Shown here: piece by piece, positions 37,556 through 48,333 of the stretch
Layout: every line of letters begins with the position of its first letter
Position numbering within the stretch: the first letter of the stretch is position 1
DNA from: Minisyncoccia bacterium
GTDB lineage: Bacteria > Patescibacteriota > Minisyncoccia > Phycocordibacterales > UBA9973
Direction: 5' to 3'
Length of the DNA: 64,000 nucleotides
NCBI GenBank assembly: GCA_038249055.1
Contig: JBBRWS010000001.1
Coordinates: 14,244 to 78,243 of the forward strand
Notes under the pieces: model-generated
Seen by the model: the letters and a program-made list of their open reading frames with translations, nothing else
What the model was told of the DNA's origin: nothing
The model's database searches: none
Made by a program: the position numbers and the translations under genes

Positions 37556-38554
37556 ATGAACTCCAAGGCCATAATAGTATCCAATTTAACAAAAAAGTTT
37601 TCTTTCTCCGCAAAGAATCCGTCTTTTAGTTGGATTAAGAATTTATTTTATCCTGAAAAAAAAGAAATTATAGCGGTTAAGGATATTTCATTTTCTGTTA
37701 ATCATGGGGAACGCATAGCCTTTATAGGTCCTAATGGTGCTGGTAAATCCACCACAATCAAAATGCTTACAGGTATTCTTTTTCCAACTTCAGGGGAAGT
37801 TAGTATTCTCGGCCTAGATCCAACAAAAGATAGAAAAAAGTTAGCTTATCAAATAGGTACAGTATTTGGACAGCGCTCACAACTTTTACCAAATCTCCCT
37901 TTGACTGACTCCTTCGAATTTTTTGGAGTTATGTATGATATGTCAGAGGAAGACATAAAAAAAAGAATTATTGAACTTGTAGAAATTTTTGATCTTGGAT
38001 CATTTGTGACTCAACCAGTACGAAAGCTTTCACTAGGTCAGCGCATGCGAGCAGAAGTTGCTGTTTCTTTAATTCACAAACCCAAAATTATATTATTAGA
38101 CGAACCAACCATAGGTTTAGATGTAGTCGCTAAAAAGTCACTTCGTGATTTATTAATTAAAATAAATAAGGAAGAAAATACAACTATTTTTTTAACCTCA
38201 CACGATGTTGGTGATATTGAATCACTTTGCGACAGAACAATAATTATTAACCATGGAGTAATGGTAAAAGATTTACCTACATCTGATTTAGCAAAAGCTT
38301 TTGTTTATGAAAAATACATAGACCTTATTCCAGAAAAAATTTTTAATAATTTTCCTTTACTTCCACACGGTATAAGGTATTCTTTACAGGATAAAAATAA
38401 AATCACAGTTATTGTAGATATAAATAAAATTAATGTTCAAGAATCATTGCGGAAATTACTTGATCTATTTTTAGTCGAAGATATTGATGTATATAATGCT
38501 GACTTAGAAACTGTTATTAGGCACATATATGAAAGAGATTCGATTAGCAAATAA
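37556..38554 (+). CDS. ABC exporter ATP-binding protein
   Basis: [37 protein letters not shown]. Confidence 0.95.
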   Translation: MNSKAIIVSNLTKKFSFSAKNPSFSWIKNLFYPEKKEIIAVKDISFSVNHGERIAFIGPNGAGKSTTIKMLTGILFPTSGEVSILGLDPTKDRKKLAYQIGTVFGQRSQLLPNLPLTDSFEFFGVMYDMSEEDIKKRIIELVEIFDLGSFVTQPVRKLSLGQRMRAEVAVSLIHKPKIILLDEPTIGLDVVAKKSLRDLLIKINKEENTTIFLTSHDVGDIESLCDRTIIINHGVMVKDLPTSDLAKAFVYEKYIDLIPEKIFNNFPLLPHGIRYSLQDKNKITVIVDINKINVQESLRKLLDLFLVEDIDVYNADLETVIRHIYERDSISK

Positions 38555-39329
38555 AATACTAAAAACACTTATAAAGGATAGTTTTCAATATCCTAGTAGG
38601 CTTATAGCGGATACAATCGTTGTTATTGCAAGATGCGGAGTTCTCCTTGTTCTATATTGGTATGTATTCAAATTAAATAATGGTGTTATTAATAATACTA
38701 CTTTTCTTTTTTCTGCATGGAGTATATTTTTTTACTTTTCTTTATCAACTTTAAAATTACGTCAAATTTCAAGATTAATAATGCAAGATGTGCAATCTGG
38801 GAATGTAGAAGTATTATTTAGTAAACCCATATCATATCTTTTTTACAGAATGTGGTGGCAGATAGGTGAAGGACTATATTCATTTTTGGTTATAACAGTA
38901 TTCGCGGTTATTATATTGTTTTTGATTATTGGCTTTCCTTCAACTATGCTAATTGGTATATTTATACCAACATTAATTTTAACTTTTATTTTTGCAGTAA
39001 TCCTGTCGTTACTTTTATATTCTATTATTGGTTTGCTATCTTTTTGGATAGAAGATATAAATCCAGTATTTTGGATAGTTGATAAAACTATTATGATTCT
39101 TGGCGGTTCATATCTTCCTATTGCTCTTTTCCCCACATTTATGTATAAAATTGCTTTATATAGTCCATTTGGTGCATCTCAATTTGTGTCCCATACAGTT
39201 TATACTTCTTGGCAAACTAATTGGTATAAGCTCATTGGTATCCAATTATTTTGGATTATATTGATGGGGTTTATTGTTTATTTGATTTTTAGAAAAGTTA
39301 AACAAAGAGTATCTGTGAATGGGGGATAA
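38529..39329 (+). CDS. ABC-2 family permease (DUF990-type)
   Basis: Six TM segments, DVQSG...[13 protein letters not shown]-terminal NGG. Confidence 0.88.
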   Translation: MKEIRLANKILKTLIKDSFQYPSRLIADTIVVIARCGVLLVLYWYVFKLNNGVINNTTFLFSAWSIFFYFSLSTLKLRQISRLIMQDVQSGNVEVLFSKPISYLFYRMWWQIGEGLYSFLVITVFAVIILFLIIGFPSTMLIGIFIPTLILTFIFAVILSLLLYSIIGLLSFWIEDINPVFWIVDKTIMILGGSYLPIALFPTFMYKIALYSPFGASQFVSHTVYTSWQTNWYKLIGIQLFWIILMGFIVYLIFRKVKQRVSVNGG

Positions 39330-39342
39330 TATATTAAATTAT

Positions 39343-40134
39343 ATGAGAGAATTAAATTTTGCATTATATGCAATAAAAAAGAATATACAAAGTAGTGCGG
39401 AACTCCGTACGAGTTTTTTGTTAAATATTTTTGGCATGGCTATTAACAATACAGCTTTTATAATTTTATGGGTATTTTTTGTTAGATCAGTCGGCGTAGT
39501 CGGAGGTTGGACAGCAGCAGATATAGTTGGGCTCCAAGGATTTGTTGCCCTTTGTTTTGGTATTGTATTTTCAGCAGGAGCAGGAATAAGAAAAATGGCA
39601 GACTATGTTACATCCGGAGCATTTGATCGTTTTATGCTTTCACCAAAGAATTTACTTACAAGAATTGCAACATCATCATTCGGTGTATCTGCGTTAGGAG
39701 ATATATTTTTTGGTATTATTTGTTTAGGGATTTATGCTTTTCTAATACATGCAAGTATTTTTCAAATTATACTTATATTTTTACTTGTAATTATTACATC
39801 TATTATATTTTTAGCAGTAGGGATAGTAATTTATTCAATGAGTTTTTTATTTACAGATGCCAATTCAGTCACAATTGGTCTTTTTGAATTATTTTTAACT
39901 TCATCCTTATTCCATGGTGGAGCTTTTCAAGGTGCAATGAGATTTATTTTTACTTTTGCAATCCCATCTCTTTTAATAGGAACTTTACCTGTTGAAATAG
40001 TCAGGGATATTTCATTAAAAAAACTTTTATTAGTTGTTGTTCTAGGACTAATTTGGTTTATTATTTCTATAAAAATTTTTAATAAAGCTGTGAGAAAATA
40101 TGAAAGCTCAAATTTTATGACTTTTGGTAATTAA
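39343..40134 (+). CDS. ABC-2 family permease (DUF990-type)
   Basis: GGW, SGAFDRFMLSP, FTFAIP, RKYES. Confidence 0.88.
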   Translation: MRELNFALYAIKKNIQSSAELRTSFLLNIFGMAINNTAFIILWVFFVRSVGVVGGWTAADIVGLQGFVALCFGIVFSAGAGIRKMADYVTSGAFDRFMLSPKNLLTRIATSSFGVSALGDIFFGIICLGIYAFLIHASIFQIILIFLLVIITSIIFLAVGIVIYSMSFLFTDANSVTIGLFELFLTSSLFHGGAFQGAMRFIFTFAIPSLLIGTLPVEIVRDISLKKLLLVVVLGLIWFIISIKIFNKAVRKYESSNFMTFGN

Positions 40135-40191
40135 TTAAATATTGTAATATAACAAATTAAAATACCCATAAATTTATGGGTATTTTAATAA

Positions 40192-41097
40192 TTAAATTTC
40201 AGATTTTTTATTAACTTCTTTTTTTAATTTAATCATTTCTAATTCTCTGCCTATCATTAAATCATTCATTTTTTCTATTTCCTCTAATTTTTCCTTGAGT
40301 GAATCCTCATCCATCTTTTTTTCAGTAACATCTTGAACTGTTGATACCATTAAATCTTGTTCAGGAACAGGTATATTGATTGCGGTTATGTATATATTTT
40401 TACCAGCAAGAGTAGTGATAGGGATATTTTCCCATTTCATTTTAGCTGGATCCTTAGTCATCATAGCTTCTGTTGTTTTTTCACGCATTTCTTTTCTATA
40501 AGTAGGATCTATATAAACTTTTTCATAAAAATCATCAGTACTGTTTATACTCTTTCTTTCAACTCCATAAATTTCTTCAAATTTACTACTTACAAACAAT
40601 GCTTTTCCGTCGCTAATTTTATTAACAGCAAAACCGATAGGTGCATTTTCAAGAATAGTATTTAACAATAAGTTTTGTTTTTGTAATTCTTTTTCTATTA
40701 TTTTACGGTCGGTGATATCTTTAATAATAGCAACAGAATATTTAATATTACCATTAGGTTCTCTAACACATCCAACAGAGAGATTTGTCCAGATGGTTGT
40801 TCCGTCTTTACGAATATATCTCTTGTCTAAATTATAGTTTTCAATTTGACCAGATAAAATTTTATTAAATTCTTTTTCATCAGCATCAATATCATCGGGA
40901 TGAGTCATTTCTGACCAAGTTTTTTTAAGGAGTTCATCTCTAGTGTATCCAAGCATTGAGCACAATTCATTATTGACTTCTAGCCAGCCTTTTTCTGGAG
41001 AGGTCATTGCAATTCCATTTAATGGCATATTAAAATAACTATAAAATCTATCCTCGCATTCTTTTAGTTTATCTTCGGTGCTTTTATTTTCAGTCAT
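40192..41097 (-). CDS. Tandem PAS-domain protein without known output domain
   Basis: PAS/PAC motifs (THPDD, KRYIRKDG...W, DITDRK, QDVTEKK). Ends MNDLMIGRELEMIKLK. Confidence 0.85.
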   Translation of the reverse strand: MTENKSTEDKLKECEDRFYSYFNMPLNGIAMTSPEKGWLEVNNELCSMLGYTRDELLKKTWSEMTHPDDIDADEKEFNKILSGQIENYNLDKRYIRKDGTTIWTNLSVGCVREPNGNIKYSVAIIKDITDRKIIEKELQKQNLLLNTILENAPIGFAVNKISDGKALFVSSKFEEIYGVERKSINSTDDFYEKVYIDPTYRKEMREKTTEAMMTKDPAKMKWENIPITTLAGKNIYITAINIPVPEQDLMVSTVQDVTEKKMDEDSLKEKLEEIEKMNDLMIGRELEMIKLKKEVNKKSEI

Positions 41098-41242
41098 ATA
41101 TAATTTAATTTATTAAACGTAATATTATTATAACAAATATATTTTTATTATACTATTAATCTATATTAATTATGAAGATTAATTGACAATTAAGTATAAA
41201 AATGTTATATTAAAACTAATTTTGAAATTTAAAATATAAGAC

Positions 41243-41728
41243 ATGTTGAGTAAAAATACAATTAAGTACGCTGAAATGTTAAATTATCAGGGGCATCGTC
41301 ATCCTGTAATAAAAGTAATGGTTATTATTTTAGTAATACTTTCAGATTTTGAGAGTAGAAAAAAAACTGACGAAGATCCTGAAAAATTTCTTTCAACTTT
41401 AGGGTTTAATAAAGAGGATAGAAATCAATTACTTAAAACTGGACCAGAAGCGTTTTCTGGAAGAGGTTTTTTCTTTAAGGATGATTCTAGTGAGGTTTTA
41501 TCTTTAATCGGCTTAACTGAAAAATCAAATGAAATGCTTGAAAAATACAATGTAATTTTAAATGTATTTAGTTCTAAAAAAGGGAAGGAATTAAATTCTT
41601 TCTCAACTGAGGATATAATTGATGGATTATGTTTTACTCATGAAGGGAAAAATTTACTCAAGCAAATGTCTTCACTTTATAATAATAATATTGTTTTACT
41701 ATATTATCATTATTTTAATGTAAAATAA
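41243..41728 (+). CDS. Hypothetical protein
   Basis: 161-aa ORF with a TTGACA promoter (about 41183) and a terminator (about 41746-41779). Confidence 0.65.
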   Translation: MLSKNTIKYAEMLNYQGHRHPVIKVMVIILVILSDFESRKKTDEDPEKFLSTLGFNKEDRNQLLKTGPEAFSGRGFFFKDDSSEVLSLIGLTEKSNEMLEKYNVILNVFSSKKGKELNSFSTEDIIDGLCFTHEGKNLLKQMSSLYNNNIVLLYYHYFNVK

Positions 41729-41912
41729 TTAATTAAAAATATTGTAAAAATGCCGTCGAATTAAGTAGGCGGCTTTTTTGTTTTAATTTTTGACAAAATC
41801 ATATATTGATGTTAACATCGAAAAATATGTAAGTTCCTTGATATTCGGGTTTATTGGTGACCAAAGGAGATTTTAGGAGTCTTTTTTGGTCACCAAATTT
41901 AAAACCCAAAAA

Positions 41913-42647
41913 ATGAAAAAATCAGTATTGTTGTTTTCTTTCTCGGTACTAGTTATTTGTACAGTTATGGCTCAGGATTTTAATCTAAGTGGCCAAAAGG
42001 TACTTCGTTCAAAATATGTTGGACCTGATGGTCTAACATTTTATGACAAGCCTGTCATTCAAGGTAATATTACTTTAGATCATAAGTCAGGATTTTTTGT
42101 TGATCTATGGATTTCTTCCGGATTAAATACTAACTGGTCCACGGACTGGGATGATGAGATGGATTACACCTTAGGGTGGAGTGGTAAAATTAAGCCAATT
42201 CAAATAAGTACTTCTATCTCATATTTTGATGATATTAATATTTGGCAGTTTTCATACAATGATGTAATCAAATCAGAAGTGAGGATTGATTTGCCAAAAA
42301 AAATCAACAAATGGTTGGAAGTTATTTATTTTGTAGATTATGCAAACTATTTTATTCCAGACAAGAAAACCCCATTTAATGGAGGTAATATTTATTCACT
42401 AGGTATTGATAATGAAATTATCATTTCTGAAAAAATAAAAATTACACCTTCTGTACAATTTTCATATGATGACGGAGCATTCGAAGTAAAACCTGGATGT
42501 TTTATAAAAATGTCATCAAATTTAAATTTAACTCTTACTAAGCATTTTGTTTGGAATATAGTGGAAGCTACTTTTTACGGTCCCTTAGGTGAACGTGAAA
42601 TGAAGAACCAACTAATTCTTGGTACGGGTTTATCCTGGACACTTTAA
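41913..42647 (+). CDS. Secreted beta-barrel-like protein (TorF/Gcw_chp-like)
   Basis: Signal peptide MKKSVLLFSFSVLVICTVMA, then S.Y...G......P.IQG.......SGF.V..W.S and E.DY..GW, amphipathic strands, C-terminal GTGLSWTL. Confidence 0.6.
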   Translation: MKKSVLLFSFSVLVICTVMAQDFNLSGQKVLRSKYVGPDGLTFYDKPVIQGNITLDHKSGFFVDLWISSGLNTNWSTDWDDEMDYTLGWSGKIKPIQISTSISYFDDINIWQFSYNDVIKSEVRIDLPKKINKWLEVIYFVDYANYFIPDKKTPFNGGNIYSLGIDNEIIISEKIKITPSVQFSYDDGAFEVKPGCFIKMSSNLNLTLTKHFVWNIVEATFYGPLGEREMKNQLILGTGLSWTL

Positions 42648-42821
42648 AAATGATTTTTCTTTTAATTAAAATAAACCGCTCTATAAATGGGCGGTTTGTT
42701 TATTTAAAGTGAGACACAATAGAAAGAGGCCTCTAATTCATTTATTATGGGATGTATTTTAAATTAATATAAAAATGATATAATTTTTATATTAATTAAT
42801 AATAGATAATAAATAAAATAT

Positions 42822-43253
42822 ATGTTAAAAGAAGGAACAAAAATTATCGATTTTACACTTGTTGATCAGGACAATATAGAACATAAATTATCAGATTATT
42901 CTACAGGTAGGGTACTTTTATATTTTTACCCAAAAGACGATACACCAGGGTGCACAAAAGAGGCCTGCACAATTACCGAAGTTTATGATGATTTTATTAA
43001 GAAAGGTATCACCGTCCTTGGAGTGTCGTCAGATTCACCAGAGAGCCATAAAAAGTTTAGAGAAAAATATAGCATACCGTTTACTTTATTATCTGACCCA
43101 GAAAAAAAAGTAATAAAAGAATACGGTGCTTCATCTTTATTATTTACTAAACGCATTTCATATTTAATTGAAAATGGAATAATTATAAAAACATATACAA
43201 AAGTAGATCCTGCGAGTCATGCCAGTTTAATATTAAAAGATATAGGTAATTAA
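42822..43253 (+). CDS. bcp: Peroxiredoxin BCP/PrxQ
   Basis: YFYPKDDTPGCTKEAC, GVS.D, LLSD. Confidence 0.93.
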   Translation: MLKEGTKIIDFTLVDQDNIEHKLSDYSTGRVLLYFYPKDDTPGCTKEACTITEVYDDFIKKGITVLGVSSDSPESHKKFREKYSIPFTLLSDPEKKVIKEYGASSLLFTKRISYLIENGIIIKTYTKVDPASHASLILKDIGN

Positions 43254-43305
43254 AAATCATTAACTAAAAATCCTCATTTAGAAATGAGGATTTTTAGTTC
43301 TAACT

Positions 43306-43572
43306 TTATTTCTTTAAATCAGCTACTTGAATAGGGCTTTGTATTTGAGGTATAACCATATCAATTTCTCCAAATTGCTTTTCGTAATTTTGAACTTGTT
43401 CATTCATCCACATTGCTATGCTTTTCATAATTTGCGGAGTTGTTGCATAGGCATCCATATTATTACCAGAAGTAATAATAAATGAAAATATTTCTTTTCC
43501 GTGTGCACCTATCGCTCCATCACAAAATTTCTTTGGCACTTGATTTAAATCTACTTTTGTTGGGTCAATCAT
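43306..43572 (-). CDS. DUF3467-like small protein
   Basis: TPQIMK...YEKQFGEI C-terminal motif. Confidence 0.6.
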   Translation of the reverse strand: MIDPTKVDLNQVPKKFCDGAIGAHGKEIFSFIITSGNNMDAYATTPQIMKSIAMWMNEQVQNYEKQFGEIDMVIPQIQSPIQVADLKK

Positions 43573-43768
43573 AATTATTTATTTAAATTATATATTATTA
43601 ATATGTAAATATTAGCACACAATTGAAGTTAAAGTGAATTATGCTATAAAAAAAGACAATTATAAGTATATTATATTTCATTGTAATATAATTATATTAA
43701 TGTATCATTAGCGCATTGATATCTATGATTATATATGAAAATTATTAATTATTAGTTATTTATAAAAT

Positions 43769-43933
43769 ATGATTTATATACTTTTAATTATCATAATAGT
43801 TGAACTATCTGCACTTCTTTACTCTAATAAGAAGCACAAAGAAGAGAATCTAAATAAATTATTTAGGCCTATTAAAAATATCAAATTTTTTAACGGTAAT
43901 GGGAATAGGGATATAACAGAATTAGAAAATTAA
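43769..43933 (+). CDS. Unannotated 54-aa single-TM small protein
   Basis: MIYILLIIIIVELSALLYSNKKHKEENLNKLFRPIKNIKFFNGNGNRDITELEN*, followed by a hairpin at about 43940-43969. Confidence 0.45.
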   Translation: MIYILLIIIIVELSALLYSNKKHKEENLNKLFRPIKNIKFFNGNGNRDITELEN

Positions 43934-44010
43934 CAATAATATTGTATCTAATTATTATTAGATACAATTTTTAGTAATAAATTATTAAGTTCAGATTTAT
44001 ATATCTATGA

Positions 44011-44439
44011 TTAATCTGAACTTGTATTTGTTTTTAAATACCAAATAGAAAGAATAAAAATTAGAATATAAAAAATAAGCCCGTAAGTGCAGGTTGGTAA
44101 ACCTAAAGTAGATATTTTTTCGTTACTTGAAATAAGTTTTGTAATTTCAGGGGTTGTAAAATACCCAGCGAAAAGTATTCCTAAAAATGATACAGTCACT
44201 ATTATTTTTGACATAATTTTTTCAGAAATTTTTTTAAGGAAGCCTAAGGTAGCAGATAAAAAAATAATTAGAAACATAGCAAATCCATACCAACAAGCGG
44301 GGTATCCTAAAAAATATGGACAAGTTTCATTAAAAGCACAAGTAGAAGTAAAAAGTTTTATAGCACTTAAATATCCAGAAAATAATAAACCCCCAAGACC
44401 AAGGAAAAACATAGTTTTTGAATAAATTGATATACTCAT
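44011..44439 (-). CDS. VKOR/DsbB-like four-TM Cys protein
   Basis: LFSGYLS...C-x5-C..FLGYPACWYG, and a second LGLPTCTYG. Confidence 0.6.
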   Translation of the reverse strand: MSISIYSKTMFFLGLGGLLFSGYLSAIKLFTSTCAFNETCPYFLGYPACWYGFAMFLIIFLSATLGFLKKISEKIMSKIIVTVSFLGILFAGYFTTPEITKLISSNEKISTLGLPTCTYGLIFYILIFILSIWYLKTNTSSD

Positions 44440-44668
44440 ATATTTAAATTTAGATATTAATACTTTTATTATATCATACCCACGAGGCTATTCCAGAATT
44501 AATTTATTTGAACTCAACTATATGTAGTATTAGGAGATTAAGAGATTTATATTATTTAATTTATTAAATAAAAATTGATATTTAAAATTTATAGTACTAT
44601 AATTTACTATTATTAAACAATTATGGCTATTTGATAAATAGTTATAATAAATAATTTATAAAATTTAT

Positions 44669-45013
44669 ATGACTATAATATATGGTGTTGATACAGAAAA
44701 ACCAATTAAACCGGAAGATGTACGGGATGCAATTATTGAATGTTTTACACAGGCACATGGTGAAGCATTAGAAGATTTAAAAAATTATAATAAGAATTTG
44801 ACCGAGGTTTCTTTTGAAGAAATTAAGCGTATAAATATCAGACAAATGGTAAGAAATTATTTTAATGAAGTTGGTGGCGATTATGATCATCCTACTCGTG
44901 ATTCAATTGTAAAAATAACTGAAAAACTAAAAGAATTTGCTAATAATTTTCGTGACCAAAAGTTAATTGAAGAACATTTTAAAGAAATAAAAATTTTATT
45001 AGAAAAGTTATAA
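44669..45013 (+). CDS. Conserved-looking helical hypothetical protein
   Basis: VRDAIIECFTQAH...GGDYDHPT...IEEH. Monocistronic, with a terminator at about 45055-45093. Confidence 0.7.
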   Translation: MTIIYGVDTEKPIKPEDVRDAIIECFTQAHGEALEDLKNYNKNLTEVSFEEIKRINIRQMVRNYFNEVGGDYDHPTRDSIVKITEKLKEFANNFRDQKLIEEHFKEIKILLEKL

Positions 45014-45258
45014 AATAATTTATTTAATAATTTTGTAATCTTACGTTTAACCCAATCAACCCCCACTTACAAATAGTAAGTGGGGGTTGATTTTGCGTGT
45101 TTAATTAAAATATTCAGGAGGATAAATTTTAAGAGAAAAATATGCAATAACTATACTTTAAAATAATCTTTATATAACATAAAAAAGAAAAAATGTTATT
45201 AAATAAATAAGGTCCTTTAGTAGTTGACAATAATTTAAAGGTAGTATATCATTCAAAT

Positions 45259-45531
45259 ATGCGTTTGAATGAATTAGCAAAATTAATGCGAACAGCTGGA
45301 GATGAAAGTAGGCTTAAAATTCTATGTATCATTTTTGGTAAAAATAAAGTATGTGTTTCTGATATAGCAAAAGACCTCGGTGTGAGTGTTGCTATTGTGT
45401 CACATCATCTTCAGGTTATGTCTCACGAAGGGTTAGTAATTCCTGTACGTGAAGGGAAAAAGATTTGTTATGAAATTCCAAAAGATCCATTCGTCAAGGA
45501 CTTAAAAAAATTTATATGCAAATATAAGTAA
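45259..45531 (+). CDS. ArsR/SmtB family transcriptional regulator
   Basis: GDESRLKIL, CVSDIA..LG.S...VSHHL, REGK. Confidence 0.92.
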   Translation: MRLNELAKLMRTAGDESRLKILCIIFGKNKVCVSDIAKDLGVSVAIVSHHLQVMSHEGLVIPVREGKKICYEIPKDPFVKDLKKFICKYK

Positions 45532-45548
45532 TTATAAATAAAATACAT

Positions 45549-46835
45549 ATGAAAATAACTTATTTAAAATCATCAGATGAATTTAATATCTTGAAACAAA
45601 GTAATTCGTTACTAGTTTTGGATTTTTATTCTGAAGATTGTCCACCGTGTGAAAAATTGGCTCCAATTTATGAAAAAATGGCACAAGTTTTTCCATCAAT
45701 TATGTTTGTAAAAGCTTTTCGTCAACAAAATCGTGAATTAGCTTTATCTTTAGGAGTTAGTGGGTCACCTACCGTTTTGTTTTTTAAAGATGGAGAATTA
45801 TTAGAAAATCGTTTATCTGGTGAAATCGAAGAAAATAAATTTAGAGAAATTCTTCAATATATAAGTGGGGAAAGTGGATTAGATGATTTGGCTGTTACAA
45901 ATGAAGCTATCGAGGAGTATGATTTATGTATTATTGGTAACGGTCCAGCTGGATTATCAGCTGCTGTTTATGCTGCTCGTTATAAAATAAATCAGGTTTT
46001 AATTGGGGATCTACCTGGAGGATTAATGACCACTGCACATAAAATATGCAATTTTCCTTCAGAAGTTGAAATATCTGGGACAGAATTAACTCAAAAAATG
46101 ATGGATCAAGTTGTTTCACTTTCTGTACCTCAGAAAAAATTTAAAAGAGTTAACTTGATAGAACAAGTAGGAGAGTCATACAAACTTATATTATCAAATG
46201 GGGAAGCAATTAAAGCTAAAGCTATATTACTAGCTACCGGTACAAAGCATCGTCATTTGAATTTACCAAATGAAGAAGCATTGGTAGGCAGAGGTATATC
46301 TTATTGTGCAACTTGTGATGCTTCGTTTTATGCTGATAAGATAGTAGCAGTAATTGGTGGTAGTGATAGTGCAAATACTGCTGCTTTGTATTTAGCTCAA
46401 ATAGCTAAACATGTTTATCAAATTTATCGTGGAAATGATTTACGAGGGGAGGTGGCTTGGATAGACCAAGTAAAAGATAATGATAAAATTACAGTTATTT
46501 ATAACACCAAAATAACTAAAATTCTTGGTGAAAAGCAATTGTCGGGTTTGATATTAGATAAAGAATTTAATGGTAAAAATGAATTAATTGTTGACGGGGT
46601 GTTTGTTGAGATTGGGTCAGATCCGGATCCAGTTTTAATTAAACAATTATCCTTAGATGTAGATTCTAGTGGTTATATAATCACAAAACCAAATCAAATG
46701 ACTAGCAGGGTAGGTGTTTGGGCTGCTGGAGATATTACTACTAACTCAGATTCTTTCCAACAAATTATCACAGCTTGTTCTGAAGGTGCAGTATCGACAC
46801 AGAGTATTTTTAAATACCTTCAAGCAAAAAAATAA
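45549..46835 (+). CDS. Thioredoxin / thioredoxin reductase fusion
   Basis: N-terminal DFYSEDCPPC thioredoxin domain, then IIGNGPAGLSAA, SYCATCD, GGSDSA, AAGD. Confidence 0.9.
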   Translation: MKITYLKSSDEFNILKQSNSLLVLDFYSEDCPPCEKLAPIYEKMAQVFPSIMFVKAFRQQNRELALSLGVSGSPTVLFFKDGELLENRLSGEIEENKFREILQYISGESGLDDLAVTNEAIEEYDLCIIGNGPAGLSAAVYAARYKINQVLIGDLPGGLMTTAHKICNFPSEVEISGTELTQKMMDQVVSLSVPQKKFKRVNLIEQVGESYKLILSNGEAIKAKAILLATGTKHRHLNLPNEEALVGRGISYCATCDASFYADKIVAVIGGSDSANTAALYLAQIAKHVYQIYRGNDLRGEVAWIDQVKDNDKITVIYNTKITKILGEKQLSGLILDKEFNGKNELIVDGVFVEIGSDPDPVLIKQLSLDVDSSGYIITKPNQMTSRVGVWAAGDITTNSDSFQQIITACSEGAVSTQSIFKYLQAKK

Positions 46836-46954
46836 TGAAAAGAGTTTATCAAAATTTATTAAAGATCTATTAGTCGTAGGTCATAAAAATTATTAGAAAT
46901 TATTAATTAAATTAAATTCGTCATTATTTATATCATGACGAAAAAATAAAATAT

Positions 46955-47191
46955 ATGAAAAATCATAATGTTATCGTTTATTCAACTCCAACTTGTCCAT
47001 ATTGTGTATATGCAAAAGAATATTTTAAGGATAAAGGTGTAGATTTTAAAGATATAGATGTTTCAAGAGATAGAGCATTAGCAGAAGAGATGATTAAAAA
47101 AAGTGGTCAAATGGGTGTACCTGTAATAGATATTGATGGAAAAATTTTAGTCGGTTTCCAGCCAAATGAATTTGATAAATTGTTAAAATAA
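46955..47191 (+). CDS. Glutaredoxin-like protein (NrdH/YruB family)
   Basis: YSTPTCPYC, SGQMGVPV. Paralogue of 10624-10863. Confidence 0.9.
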   Translation: MKNHNVIVYSTPTCPYCVYAKEYFKDKGVDFKDIDVSRDRALAEEMIKKSGQMGVPVIDIDGKILVGFQPNEFDKLLK

Positions 47192-47194
47192 AAT

Positions 47195-47578
47195 ATGAAA
47201 AAAACGATATTTATAACTTTAGGAATTGTTGTTTTAGTGGGTATTATAATTGCGTTTAGTTCAACAAGTGCAAGTGGTCTTTTGGATTCTCAGGATTTTA
47301 TGACAAAATATAAAAATACACCAGATGCTATTTTAATGGATGTCCGTACTCCAGCTGAATTTGATGCGGGTCACATACAGGGATCAGTAAATGTAGATTA
47401 TGAGAATGTTAATTTTGAAAGTGAAGTCAATAAATTGGATGCTTCAAAAACATATTTTGTGTATTGTCGTTCTGGTAACAGGTCTTCAAAAGCAATTCCG
47501 ATAATGAAAAATATAGGTATTGAAAATATTTATGATTTACAGGGAGGCGTTAGTAATGCCCCAGAGTTACTAAATTAA
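47195..47578 (+). CDS. Membrane-anchored rhodanese-domain protein
   Basis: DVRTPAEFDAGHI.G, YCRSGNRS. Confidence 0.92.
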   Translation: MKKTIFITLGIVVLVGIIIAFSSTSASGLLDSQDFMTKYKNTPDAILMDVRTPAEFDAGHIQGSVNVDYENVNFESEVNKLDASKTYFVYCRSGNRSSKAIPIMKNIGIENIYDLQGGVSNAPELLN

Positions 47579-47718
47579 TTAATATTATTATATTTCAAAA
47601 AAACTGCTTTTAAGCAGTTTTTTTGATTTGTTACCTTGTTGCTAATTTAAATGATTAAGGTTTATATATTTTAAATTCATTACTATTTCTTTTGATATTG
47701 TTTTGATATAATTATTTT

Positions 47719-48333
47719 ATGAAAAAAATTGGGCAAGGATGGCAATATACAACATACGACTTAGAAAATGGAAGGGTTTTAAAGAAATTTCATTCTTGGC
47801 AAAAAGCTTACTTTGTAATTTTTAGAGAAATTTTTCCATTCAACAAAGATTCATTTTTTGAAATTCCTAGTTTTATTAAAGATGTAAAAAGAAAAGCTGA
47901 TGAATCTTTTGAAATATTAAAAAGAAAAAATATTCCAAAAGAGTGGATGGCTAATCCAAAATTTATTAATAAATATGATTTTGAACAAGATAAAGTACTT
48001 CCTCTTCATGAAGTCTTTAAAGAATTAGATACTAAAGGCATCAAAAGCATCGTTAATCAATTTATTAAATTTAATTTAAAGTTATTAACTCTCGGTGTAA
48101 TAGATAAGGGTTTTAATATTACAAAAAATTATGGAATAGATAATAAGGGGCAAATTGTACTTATTGATATTGGGGAACTTTTTGATGATAGAAAGTTGAT
48201 AATAAAACAATTTAGAAATCATGGATGGGACAAGAGCTATGTGGCAGGGTGCATACAGAATAAAGAAGCACGAGAATATTTTATAGTAGAAATGTGTAAA
48301 AATTTTAATGAAGTTAAACTAACGAATATCTAA
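47719..48333 (+). CDS. Hypothetical protein, possible protein-kinase-like fold
   Basis: IGQGWQY Gly loop, VLKK, D-x6-NYG, VLIDIG. Confidence 0.5.
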   Translation: MKKIGQGWQYTTYDLENGRVLKKFHSWQKAYFVIFREIFPFNKDSFFEIPSFIKDVKRKADESFEILKRKNIPKEWMANPKFINKYDFEQDKVLPLHEVFKELDTKGIKSIVNQFIKFNLKLLTLGVIDKGFNITKNYGIDNKGQIVLIDIGELFDDRKLIIKQFRNHGWDKSYVAGCIQNKEAREYFIVEMCKNFNEVKLTNI

